DNA of 64,000 nucleotides from Malacoraja senta (taxonomy: Eukaryota). Under the pieces are notes generated by a model. It was not told the origin of the DNA. It made no database searches and saw nothing but the letters and a program-made list of their open reading frames with translations. The stretch lies in NCBI GenBank assembly GCA_038087875.1, contig CM075989.1:17300001-17364000 (forward strand), in the 5' to 3' direction. Position 1 is the first letter of the stretch. The number at the start of each line of letters is the position of its first letter. The position numbers and the translations under genes were made by a program. Positions 51,301 to 63,454 of the stretch are shown here, one piece after another.

Positions 51301-53615
51301 GTGGGTCACTTGCTAGCAAACCACAGGTGATACGAATCTTAACTCAACTATGATTCTAACAGCAAATAAGATTATGAGAGACATAAAAAGGGTAGACAGT
51401 CAGAGCGTTTTTCCCTCCAGGGTGGAAATGTCCAATACTAGACCCATAGCTATAAGGCGAGAGGGGGAAAGGTTAATGCAGATGTGCGGGGCATTTTTTC
51501 CCCCACCACAGGAACACATTCCCAGGGCTGGTGGAGGAGGCAGATAGTGGTGTTTAAGAGGCTTTTACTTAAGCACATCAAAGTGCAAGGATTAGAGGGC
51601 TACAGATCCCGTGCAGACAAATGAGATCAGTTTAATTTGGCGTTACGTTTGGCACAAACATTGTGGGCTGAAGGTCCTGTTGAATTGCTGTCCTGTTCTA
51701 TGTTCTAACTGTACACATTCGTTCCATAGCCTTTAACACCCTCAAATAATGAGCATTTAACACCTCTTGCTTTAAATTGGAGTTCAAGATTTCCCCCCCT
51801 TCCACCTTTATTATCTAGATCCTATGACGTTTGTCCGGACATTATCCTGCATAGTAATGTCACGATGCAGGAAAATAATACTCAGAACAGGAAACAGTTG
51901 CAGTAAATTCTATTTGAACAGACTTTTCCTTTATATAAAAAAAAGTTCTTTGCCAATAACCTGAAGGTTTTTCTTAAAACTCAAATGACTTCCAGTGGAA
52001 AAGAGAGCGAGACACTGGGTTTTGAACATGCCAGTGCGATTGTGCTGGGAAAGTACCATCTTATCCAAAAAACTGCATGGTCGCTTGCCTTTCTGCAGTC
52101 AATGAAGGAATGCAGTCACTGTTTAAATGCTGGAATCACAGTAGTTTATTTATGCCCAATATTTAAAAAAAATAACTGTTCATCTACATTAATGGCATTT
52201 GGCCAAGCTACAAAGAGAGATTCATGTTCACCTTCATTTAGCTCTGAGGGGTTCTGAAGGTTCAAAGGAAAAGGCATTATGGACCTCATATTATCATATC
52301 CAAGGTAACGTAGTTCAGATGGTACAACACCGCCCTACCTCCACACTGAGGGTTACATGAAATACACGAAGCTCCCAAACCAAGAACTTCTGATCCAGAG
52401 AACCATGAACACCAACAAAACCTGTCTATGCCAGCTCTTTCGCAATTTACCTCAGAAGATAAACTAATTGATAGGAACAGTTGGTTCATTATTGGCTTGT
52501 CAGTGTGGAGTTGCTGAATGTTATGAAACTTAAGCGAACTAACTTCTGCAACAACAAAAAACTGCTGGAGAGACTCAAGTGGGCATTTGTGGAATGATAT
52601 AAACAGATGATATTTCAAGTCAGGATGCTTCTTCAAATATGGGGCTTCATTGAACTAACCTATCTGGAGAAACAAGGAACTGCAGACGTTGAATTACATC
52701 GAAAAAAAGAGCTGGAGTAACTCAGCAGATCAGGTAGCATTTCTGGAGAATATGGATAGGCAACATGAAGGGTCCCGGCTCAACGGATGTCTGCTTTGTG
52801 TAGCAGTCTGTGTAACTTCAGGTATACCGTGCAACACTGCACATCATCACTTCACGCAAACTCGGGGAATGCTGGAAATGTGAAGATGCAGCGTGGAACT
52901 CGAAACCGGAATTCTGTCCTTCACTGCTCAATGTCAAGGAAACCCATGCAGATAAGTCTGGAAACAGAGGACACTTGGGATTGATAGAGAAATCTGAATG
53001 TCCGGATACATCTGCGGGGAATATCATGGTGCATTTTAACATCTGGAGATGCAGATTAAAAGATGTGTTTCAACTGAATGTCTGAAAATTCAGGCAAGAC
53101 AAAACTAAAGCCCGAGGTGTCATCACCCCAAAGCAGGGAGTTGAAATAAATGGTGGACTACATCACTAATAGCACAATGGCCAGCAGATGACAGGACTAA
53201 TGGGACTTGCATCAAACCTTAATAGTTTAGATTCAAAATAGCAACTGATCAGTCGGTGAGTCACAGCCTGCTCTGATCTAATTAAAGGAGTGAGGGGCAG
53301 CCACACTGTGAGTAACTTACCTTGAGATAATGACAACCCATGGGAAGCAGAGGCTGCTCTGGTTCCTACAAGCTGTTTCTGCTGGCTTTTGCATGTCAGG
53401 GATCTGTAGATTCAGATTTCAGGCAATTAATAGTACACAGGGGATGAGGGTTTTTATTTTTGGAGGGAGTTGTTATGAACTGGAATGCACTACCTGAAAA
53501 CGATGGGCAAAGCCAATTCAGCAACTATGAGAAAGTGATTGGGATGAATAATTGGGGGGGAAAAATATGCGGGGCTACTGCTAGGATGAAGGGTACCGAC
53601 TCAAATTACATTAAA

Positions 53616-53885
53616 GGCAGCATATTGGCGCAGCAGTATGGTTGCTGCCTTAGTGTCAGAGACCTGGGTTCGATGCTGATCATGGGTGCTGTCTGTATGG
53701 AGTTGGTACGTTCTCCCCAAGACTGCATGGGTTTACTTGGTGCTCCGGTTTCCTTCCACACTCCAACGACGTACAGGTTTGTAGGTTAATTGGCTTTGGT
53801 AAAATTGTAAAATTGTCCCTAGTGTGTAGGACAGTACTAGTGTACGGGGTGATCGCTAGTCGGTGCGGACTCGGTGGGCCGAAGG
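53616..53885 (+). mobile_element. V-SINE
   Basis: tggcgcagcag / ggttcgatgc boxes, V-domain, partial tail. Confidence 0.85.
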
Positions 53886-55299
53886 GACAGGTTTGCGTCT
53901 AGTTTTACACATTCATTCAATCAAACAGATCAAAGCCAATGCTGTGTCCTATTGTGCTCTGCAGAAATATCTAAATATGAGCTGTGCAATGTTAACCTTC
54001 TGTAAAATGTATTATGATGAACACACAATGCAAGCACTTCATCTTTCTTGCAATTAGCTTCATTGGAAACAGCTGTGACTAGGGATTAACCTTTGGGGCC
54101 TTACGGTCAAAACAATAATGGAGGGTTGGCTGATCCACTTGCAATTCCCGAAGGAACCTGGTAATTTAGGAGAGTGTTCTGATGAAGGACCAGAGAGGTT
54201 AATTGTTTCCCTTTCTACAGGTGGAGAGTGTTTCCAGCATTTGCTATTTTAGTTCAGATTTCCAGCAACAGCAATTCCCCCCTCCCCACCCCCCACATTT
54301 CATTTCTGATCATTTAGGAGTCGACAGGGAGAAAGTGAGTAACGGCACCAATTTCTCACACGACCAAATCATGACAGTAACAGGTCATCCACTGGAGGTT
54401 AACATCATCTTCAATTCAACCGCAGCAGACAGCCTGCTCATTGCAACGGATGTCTGCTTTGTGAAGCAGTCTCATGTGTACCTTCAGTTATACCGTGCAC
54501 ATCAGCACTTCACACAAACTGGGAGAAGGCTGGAAATGGGAAGATCCGGCAAGAAACTCAAAACTGGAACACTGTCCTTGACTGCTCAACGTCACATCCA
54601 ACAAGACCTTCCACCACCAACTATGGGCGGTGTGTACATAACACCAGTACTTCTTGGCTGATGTCTTGCACCTCTGGTAAAGAAAGGTCACCCACAACTC
54701 ATCGCCCACAACTCAAGCACTTGTAACCAAAACCTGGTTCACAGCCCAACAATTTCCGGCATACAGAACGTCCCAGGTGCCGGCAATCTTGGAAGTGCTC
54801 TTGCAAAATCTCCAGAAAATTCACCATTTCCTGTTTGCTGCACTAATGAGATGACAAAATGGATACCAGGTGCACATTGTGTGAGAAAAGCAAGCCATGG
54901 TATTCACTTCCATTTAAAACCCACCTCTTTACAATTAGCAAACAACAACATTACATTTCATATAGTAATGCTTGCATGAACATTTTTCACAATGCAAAAA
55001 ATATAGTGTAAATGCAACTCGCAACCTGCCAATGCTTGAAATTTTTAAATAAAAACAGAAAAAGCCAGAACTACTTAGCAGATCAGGCAGCATATGTGGG
55101 AAGAAAAACTAAATTAAAGTTTCTGGTCAAAGGCTCTGACAAAGAGTCTTCAACCTGAAAGCATTAACTCTGTTTAATTTCCACATGTAGCCTGACCTGT
55201 TGAATATTTCCAGCTCTTTAAAGTAAATATGAATTGTTGTGAGACATTTTCAGTTTGCGTTGAAGACATTAGCCTTCCTGTGTCTCAAGAACAGTAAAA

Positions 55300-55605
55300 A
55301 CGTCATGAGATGGGGGGGGGGGGGCGGGGGGAACAATGGAGGACCCGGCATCAGGGTGTTCCCATGAGGGAGGGGGAAGAACATTGAGACCCGATGTGGG
55401 GGAGGGGGAGGCAGGAGAACAAAGGACTGGGGAGGGGGGGGAGAGAAGAACAATGGAGGACGGAGCAGGGGTGGGGAGAACAAAGGAGAAGCCGGCAGGA
55501 ATACTTTGTCACTTTGTATCTTGGGACTATTTTCATACCTTGGGTATGGTAGTAAAGAATTTCACTGTGCCTTGTCACATGTGGCAATAAAGTATTCCAT
55601 TCCAT
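55300..55605 (+). mobile_element. G-rich non-autonomous element with internal repeats and Rex1-type tail
   Basis: About five gaacaa(t/a)gga(g)gac..ggggg units, then gaatttcactgtgccttgtcacatgtggcaataaagtattccattccatt. Confidence 0.55.
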
Positions 55606-56103
55606 TGCTGGCTAGAATCTCCATTCAAAATACATTGATGGCCCCAATCTTTGAACGCGACCCAGTCAAGACGAGTGGATAGAGTAAATAGATGGGGCAA
55701 ATGCACAGAGTCTTCCTCCTGAGTAGGGGAATCAAGAACCAGTGGCCAGAAGGCCGTGGAGGCCAAGTCAGTGGATATTTTAAAGGCAGAGATAGATTCT
55801 TGATTTGTACAGGAATCAGAGGTTATAGGGAGAAGGCAGTAGAATGGGGTTAGGAGGGAGAGATAGATCAGCCATGATTGAATGGCGGAGTAGACTTGAT
55901 TGGCCGAATGGCCAATTCTACTCCTATTCCTTATGACCTTATGACATAGGTATCAGGTGGGGGGGGGGGGGGGGGGGAGGGAAGATTTAATAGGAATCCG
56001 AGGGCCAACTTTTTCTGCACAAAGGGTGGTGGGTATATGGAACAAACTGTCAGAGCAGGCAGTTGAGGCAGGGACTATAACAACAGTTAAAAGAGGAAAG
56101 GGA

Positions 56104-56141
56104 TGTGTGACGTTTCGGGTCGGAACCCTTCTTCAGACACA
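56104..56141 (-). ncRNA. Type I hammerhead motif with closed stem I, sense in the ADAMTS17 pre-mRNA
   Basis: Minus strand UGUGU-CUGAAGA-A-GGGU(UCCG)ACCC-GAAA-CGUC-ACACA. Part of an inverted PLE element (56095-56232, TSD taaaaga at 56088-56094 and 56233-56239) inserted in a CR1 fragment. Confidence 0.7.
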
Positions 56142-56447
56142 GCCCTTTTTCTCCAGAGACCCGCTGAGTTACTCCAGCATTTTATGTCTATCCTCGGTAT
56201 AAACCAGCATCTGCAGTTCCTTTCTAAACATATAAAAGACATCTGGACGGTGCATAGATGTGAAAAGTTAGGGAGCTTATTGGCCAACCGTAGGCAAGTG
56301 GGACTAGTGCAGATGGGGCATCTTGGTTGGCGTGGGCAAGTTGGGCCGAAGGGCCTGTTTTCATGCTGCATGACCATGAGGGTTGATGAGGGTCACCAGC
56401 GGAAGGAAAATAAAAAGTCCTGAGCACCTCAGAGCCTAAAGCAGTAC

Positions 56448-56602
56448 CTTGTGACAAGCACGGCGGCGTCCACAGCTGGGTAGTCGTCCCTCCCACCGGG
56501 CAGCTGGTTATTCCCCAAGTATCGAGCTCCAAACTCTCGCTGCTGCCAATGGCAGAAGCTCTCCAGCGACTTCTCCCCATGGTGACCAATCGACAGTTGC
56601 TC
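56448..56602 (-). CDS. ADAMTS17: ADAMTS17-like coding exon (about exon 6), [51 protein letters not shown](R)
   Basis: 155 bp, phase 0-2. Acceptor TTTTCACAG, donor AG|GTACTG. Contains the [13 protein letters not shown] and [13 protein letters not shown] segments typical of ADAMTS17. Confidence 0.93.
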
Positions 56603-56647
56603 CTGTGAAAATGTTTCCAAAATGTAACGTGCAAATTCAACAACTAC

Positions 56648-56950
56648 TTTTAGTTTGTTTCATTTAAATAGTGCAGAAACAGGCCTTTTGGCCCAACGAG
56701 TCCACGCCAACCAGCGATCCCCATACACAAAACACTATCCGACACACACCAGGAACAGTTTACAATTTTACCAACCAATTAACCAACAAACCTGTACGTC
56801 TTTGGAATGTGGGAGGAAACCGGAGCTTCGGGAGAAAACCCACGCATGTCATGGGGAGAATGTACAAACTCCGTACAGGCAGCACCTGTAGTCAGGTTCG
56901 AACCCGGGTCTCTGGAGATGCAAGGCAACAACTCTACAGCTGCGCCATCC
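56648..56950 (-). mobile_element. V-SINE ending about 45 nt upstream of an exon acceptor
   Basis: Reverse-complement B box (plus ggttcgaacc), V-domain, tail. Confidence 0.85.
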
Positions 56951-58189
56951 TTGCAGCAAAAAACCCCACTAACTATACTCCACCACATTGCAGGTAGCCA
57001 TTTGACCCATTGGATCCGAACGGCACCAAGCTGAGCAATTCTATTGCAATCCTTCTCTCTCTTTATTTCCCTTCTGCTGTGCAATATTTTACTCTCATGA
57101 TTCTTTTTGAACTTTTCAATGCCAAGGGGTCATTTAACTATAATAACATAACTATAACAACATTTAAGACATTTGTGTAGATACATGGACAGGAAAGGTT
57201 TAGAGGGATGTTGAACAAATGCTGCCAGGTGTAGATGAGGCACCTCAGTTAGCATGGGCAAGTTGGGCTGAAAGGCCTGATTCCATGCTGTATTTACAGC
57301 AGCCAATTAATCTACCAGCCAGCATGTCTTTTGGATGTGGGAAGAAATCTTTGCAGCCAGGGGAATCCTATTCAAACACAGAAAGAGCGTGCAAACTCCA
57401 CACAAACAGCACAAGAAGCGAGGGCCAAAAAGGGGTCTATGGAGAAACAAAACTGCAGATGCAGGTTTATACCAAAGATCGACACAAAGTGCTGGAAAAA
57501 CTCAGCAGGTCAGACAGCATCACTGGAGAAAAAGGATGGGTGTCATTTCAGTTCAGGATCCTTCTTCTGAAAGTACAAGGGGAGGGGAGGGTTGAAGAGC
57601 TGGAGGTCGATGGATAGACACAAAATGCTGGTTCTTCTGAAAAAGGGTCTCAACCCGAAATGTCACCTATTCCTTCTCTCCAGAGATGCTGCTTGTCCTG
57701 CTGAGTTACTCCAACATTTTATGTCTATCTTCAGTTTAAACCAGCATCTGCAGTTCCTTCCTACACGTGGAGGTCTATGGATCTGTATGATGCACCAATC
57801 ACTGTGCTACTCTGCAATCCATCTTGGGTTTCTAAATAGAAGTATGCCGAGATTCTCCCAGTGCTGTAGTTTAATGCAGTTTGGTTAAGATGTGGACGGC
57901 TGCAATATGAAAACATTCATGCTACTTAAACTGATTTAATATTCTCATTTGCTCAGACTTTTAACAAAATACACCCAAAGCGATCATTCAGCAAGCCCTC
58001 TGTAGGTTGGACACAAGACTGGCTTGCTGCTGTGATCAATGGCAGATGTTGCACTGGGCGATGTCCAAGGCAGCATCCAGCTCGCTGCTGGGAGGGTGAT
58101 TGGAGTTTAGATACACAGTTCCTCAGAGCATACAGACCGCGAGAACAGAACCAAAGGGCTGAATGGCCTCCTGCTCCGATTGCACTTAC

Positions 58190-58273
58190 CGGACGGCTGT
58201 GAAGCAGAACTAGTTTCGTGACTCGAATATTGATCTTAATTCCCAGACTCTGGTGCCGAAACATGTTGTATAC
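58190..58273 (-). CDS. ADAMTS17: ADAMTS17-like coding exon (about exon 5 by analogy with the human gene), metalloprotease domain, [28 protein letters not shown]
   Basis: 84 bp, phase 0-0. Acceptor TTTTGGCAG (plus ctg 58274-58276), donor GTAAGT (plus acttac 58184-58189). Peptide closely matches recalled ADAMTS17 [25 protein letters not shown]. Confidence 0.93.
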
Positions 58274-59028
58274 CTGCCAAAAATAAAAATGAAACTTTTT
58301 AAGCTGTTGAAATGACTTAAGCTGCATACTGTCAAAAGTTGGCGATGAAAATCAAACCCTGTACATGTTTTACAATGGGCTCACTTCTTAGTTTCATGTG
58401 CTGTAAAGGAGGGTGGTGCGGGGAGGGAAGGAGGCTGACTAACTTCACCGGGCTGTATTTATTCACAATTTGAACAACCATCAAACCCACTCAGTCTCCC
58501 AATCCACACTGTAGCTGCCGAGACCATGGATCCATGCAAGTCCTTCCTCTCTTTGGGATATGCACAACAGTATATGCATCAATACTACTCAGGTCCCATC
58601 ATTTGCCTTTAGTTGAAATATTCCTGACTGTATTTGTGGTGCTAAGATTTGTTGGGTCGCCTGCCTGGCTGATAAGTAACACATCTCAACAGAAGTGTCC
58701 AAAGCCATTTTACAGCCATTGGTCAAAGGCTGCAGTAAGCAAGTTGATGGCAAAATTGGGAAGACTGAGGGACACCATATTCATAAAATTTAGAGGGAGG
58801 GAGAGATATGAGAGACACAATGCTGGAGAGCAGTCCAAAGCTACTATCATTGGAGACCCTTGGACCATCTCTGATCAGACTCTACCTTGCATGAAACGTT
58901 ATTCACGTTATTGCCTTTATCATGAATCTGTGCACTGTGCATGGCTCGATTGTGCCCAGGAAGCTTCAACTCTCTCCACTTTCCTCGATTATAATCATGT
59001 ACTATCTTTCCGCTGACTGGGTAACACT

Positions 59029-59306
59029 GGGCGGCACGGTGGTGGAGCGGTAGAGTTGCTGCCTTGCAGCGAATGCAGCGCCGGAGACCCGGGTTCGATC
59101 CCGACTGCGGGTGCTGTCTGTACAGGGTTTATACGTTCTCCCCGTGACCTGCGTGGGTTTTCTCCGAAGACATACAGGTTTGTAGTTGGCTTGGTAAATG
59201 TAAAAATTACCCCAAGCGGGTGTAGGATAGTGTTAATATGCGGGGATCGCTGGTCGGCACGGACCCGGTGGGCCTGTTTCCGCACTGTCTCTCTAAACTA
59301 AACTAA
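59029..59306 (+). mobile_element. Young V-SINE inserted in a Rex1-type 3' UTR (about 58845-59350)
   Basis: CpG-rich head gggcggcacggtggtggagcgg..ggttcgatcc. Rex1 tail resumes as aaagcttttcactgtacctcagtacacgtgacaataaac. Confidence 0.88.
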
Positions 59307-60582
59307 AAGCTTTTCACTGTACCTCAGTACACGTGACAATAAACAAAACAATTCGGGAAACAGAGGTGGTAGAAACACAACTCGAGAACCAGGCAACAAA
59401 TCGTAGAATTTGAGAACAATGAGCCATTGACGCTGGTGGTAAAATAAAAATCATGAGTTACAGTGCAAGAAGAATGGAGAAGGGAAACAAAAGTGGACTA
59501 GGTTGGTGTTTAAATGAGAAAGACCCATCTCTTGAGTTACTGCCAGACCAACAGAAAATCACTTCATGTTTTATGTCTGCAACATGACTCGGAGAACCTG
59601 GGGCATCCCATCGATTAATTTTTTTTTACCTTCCCATTCAAAGTTCTTTTCGGCAATTTACAGTGCAGTGGGTGTACAACTGAAGAGTAAATCAAATGAG
59701 GATGCTTTTTGTTGGAAGCCTTGCTCATGGACCGACAGTCTCAGGCACTGGGCAGGCAGGGACGAGCCCAGGATTGCGGCAGACACAGCCAACAGCAGTG
59801 GTCTGCGCTACTGACCCAAGAAATGGCTGCAGCAAGAAACCAAATATAGAAACCAAAGGCTCCCAACACCAAAGTAGCAAACACAAGTCGATGAAGTGAT
59901 TATCCAGACCAGTAACTATGTAGAGACAGTGGATCACGAATAAACTCTGTCCATTTACATTACTGGTTCATTCCACCTTTAACTATTACATTTGCAATAA
60001 CTGATTCACACTCTATAAACTCTTGCAAACCCGATTCTGCTGAAGCCAATTTGTGATACAACCCTTCGTTGCCTAATGATTTTTTTCTAGGTATGCAGCA
60101 TTAAAAGAAAAAAAATGATTTCGCTCATGAATCTTCCTATTGCTGACTCTCTGCCAAAACAACAAAGGTCCACGGATTGACGGGGATCAATAAAAATGTA
60201 CTTAATGCATAACTGAAGTTATGGGTCAGTTCATTCAATCAATAAAGAGCTCCATATAATCTTTATTTATTTGATGTTTGGACATCTGATTGTGCAATTA
60301 GCACTAGTAGAGAGAGTAGTTGGAAGGAGCACAGCAGAGCCCAATCGACACGAGTGATATGGTGTGGGCCAATACTACACCCCCATGTGTACTTACAGTT
60401 AGAGTGCCTGGGAGGCTTCTACTCTTTCCACATTTCACTGCTAAAGTGACTTTTTTGATTGATTAATTATCAAAGAGGAATCGTAAAATGCAACCAAAGA
60501 ACACTTAGTGATATTGCCAAGTTAGTACCAAATTCAGGTTGGCTTTTGCTCTGGATCAGACCCACGGTAACACAGCCACCAC

Positions 60583-60870
60583 AGGGGCATGGTAACACAG
60601 CGATGGAGTCGCTGCCTTGCAGTGCCAGAGACCCTAGTTCGATCCTGATTACGAGTGGTGCCTGTACAGAGTTTGTACGTTCTCCCCGTGACCGCGTAGG
60701 TTTTCCCTGGGTGCTCCAGTTTCCTCCAACGCTGCGAAAATGTACAGGTTTGAAGGTTAATTGGCTTTGGTAAAGATTGTAAATTGTCCCTTGTGTGTAC
60801 TGAGAAAGTTGGTCAGTACGGACTCAGTGGGCCAAAAGGCCTGTTTCTGCGCTGCGTCTTGAAACTAAAC
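60583..60870 (+). mobile_element. V-SINE
   Basis: B box agttcgatcc, V-domain, tail aaactaaac. Confidence 0.85.
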
Positions 60871-61672
60871 TTTTGAATATTCCACAACACTCTACACCTG
60901 GTGTACAAGATGACAGGACGGCATCTATACTGATAAGGATAATACGAGGTGGTTGGAAGGATTTGAAAGTGAGGAGAGGTTACACAGATAGATAAATGCG
61001 TCTACATAAAATGCCAAACCTCAGCATTAGAATTGCATTAGGGACAACAGAAGATGTTAAAACAAATGAAATCAGGCGAAAAACACGCAAAGACCACATA
61101 GGCTAGTAACAAATTCATCTTGGAGTGTATGAGACAGTAGGTTTTCAAACTACACTGCATATCTCTGTATGAATGCAGTGAAAATGAAAGCTCATAATGT
61201 TGACAATCAAGCATTCATATGCTGAAATTCAATACAAGGAGACTCGCTCCAGAAGTGTTATAAATTTCAAGCACTCTCAAAATAGTTCTCAGCTACTTGT
61301 CTCAATGACCAACAAGGACGATTCACACAAATGATTATCGAGCCAGATTCAGCTCAGTCTGACTGTGTGGGAGTAATTATCTCCTTCTGCCTAGTGCTCA
61401 AATGGGTGAAAAACAGTGCTTCATATCTAAAATTAAAACGGAAAATACCTCTCGTCAAGCAGCATCTAAGGAGAAAATGTTAACGCTTCAGATCAATGAC
61501 CTTTCATTTGAACTCGGATCATTGGCTCATAGTTCATAAGTTCAAAGGTCATAGGAGCAGATTTAGGCCATTCGGCCCATCGAGTCTACTCCGCCATTCA
61601 ATCATGGCTGATCTACCATTCCCTCTCAACCCCATTCTCCTGCCTTTTCCCCACAACCTTTGACACCCTTAA

Positions 61673-62062
61673 GGGCCTGTCCCACCAGCATGCAACTGCA
61701 TGCGGCAAGCGCGACCTAACGCGGTCGCTTGATCCATACGGCCTCGCGGGGCCGGTCCCAGTTCGATCGCCGGTGCCGTATGGAGTTGTGCGGAGCTGGT
61801 CCCGACATCGCGCGGGGCTCCGAAAAACTGACAGTGTTCAAAAATTCCGCGCGGCAACGGCCTGCCCTCAGCCGCCTCAACGCCTTACGCACCGCCTCGA
61901 CGGGCGTGCGCAGCGTCTCGACGCCGTACACAGCGTCTTGACGCCGTACGTCACGCGCGAACTTCCCTCGAACTTCACGTCACTCACTCGACCTCCGCGC
62001 GGCCCCCGCTTCCGGTTTGGTCGCGCTTGCCGCATGCAATCGCATGCTGGTGGGACAGGCCC
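61673..62062. mobile_element. Young CpG-rich MITE, 390 bp, inserted in a minus-strand CR1 3' fragment
   Basis: 44-bp terminal inverted repeats with 2 mismatches (gggcctgtcccaccagcatgc..tgcatgcggcaagcgcgacc). ttaa on both sides (61669-61672 and 62063-62066). Confidence 0.92.
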
Positions 62063-63454
62063 TTAACTGGTCAAGAATTTAACAATCTCAGTTTCTCAAT
62101 CTGCCGATGCTATGCATCCTGTTGAAAATTGTGCATTTTGTTTTAATATTTACAAATGGTTGCAGGTTATTTCTGCATTTTGTACACAAAAATGAAAGGA
62201 GAGGTGGAAGTGGGCCAAAATAATCAAACTGACAAATAATTAGTTAATACCACTAAAGGTAAACAGACACATGGAAGGGTATGGGGCAATACTAAGAGAG
62301 AGGGGAGTAAAATTAAAGAAAACAAAATCTTTGGCAAATGACATGAAATATAGAGCAGAATATAGCAAAACAGCTACACAAGGTGGCTTGTGGAATATTA
62401 TAATTGACATAACATTCTTACAACAGTACGAGTGGTTGTTAATTATAAACAAAATATAATACTGTAAATTAAAAAATGTTAAATAACTTACAAAGCAAAA
62501 TTTCAGAACTGGGACTGACTCCAGGTACAGAAAGAGAAGGGAAGAAAAATAACATGAACAGAATGACAAAGTAACCAATGTCCAGGATACAAAGATTTCC
62601 ATCTCAGGACTTTTAGAGGTTAGAACACTGTGACATAGACTGATTCTTCTCTCATGTGAACCTTTCTTTTACATTGGAATATTCAACATGTATAGCAGTT
62701 AGAGTAATTGATAGAAGTTGGTTGACTTGGGTTAACAAGTTTCTAGGATGCACCCCGCACCAAAGACTTTCACAAACTACTCATTAGCAATGGTTGATAT
62801 TCCCAGTCAAACACTTAAACCCTGTTAATGAGGTCAATTTCTAAAAGATCAAATATTTAATTAAAAGTTACTAGCGAGTAGTAATTTGTATTCCAAGATT
62901 CGAAGGAGCTGCTGATATTTTCAGACTTTCTTTGCATCCAGTTCCTTAAATCTTTTGTCATCAAAAGAACAGTCGTATTTTTGTAAACCTGCATCTGCAG
63001 TTCCTTGGGTTTGCATTTCACTGCTGAGTTACTCCAGCATTGTGCCTTTTTATGTAGCCCTTCTAAATCTGTCTGCTGTACCACTAAGGCAATCAGCTCA
63101 AAAGAACAAATTCAGACATAGAAGCAATCCTGTACAATTCTCAAATAAAAAGAACATCAAGAAAAAAGCCCGACAGGCAGGAAACAAGTACGTGATAGAT
63201 CCAACTGACTGCCTGCATTGTCATCTTCCACCCACAGGTTCAAAGCTATTATAGAGAACCTCTTCAAATGAATTTCCTTCACCAGTGTTAATCCTGAAAC
63301 TGATACTGAGCCACAAATGTGTACAACAGATGGAAGGTTTTTTTTCTTAAAAGGAGTTGGACAAAAGAAGTAAATAGAGGGGTGTTGAGGGTTAGGTAAT
63401 GAATGCAAGTGCTTAGGAAGCCTGACATCAATGGCCTGATGTTTGCAGTTGCAA

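Noticed and set aside
921..57765. Recurring ~28-bp palindromic motif as a CRISPR repeat
   Set aside because: Dispersed, on both strands, always followed by the same tail rather than unique spacers, and no cas genes. Explained as PLE terminal repeats.
58770..58800. Minus-strand ATGAATATG|GT as the end of the preceding ADAMTS17 exon (..MNM)
   Set aside because: Upstream codons read PLNF rather than the expected ILTV, with no further similarity. The preceding and following exons were not found and probably lie outside the window.
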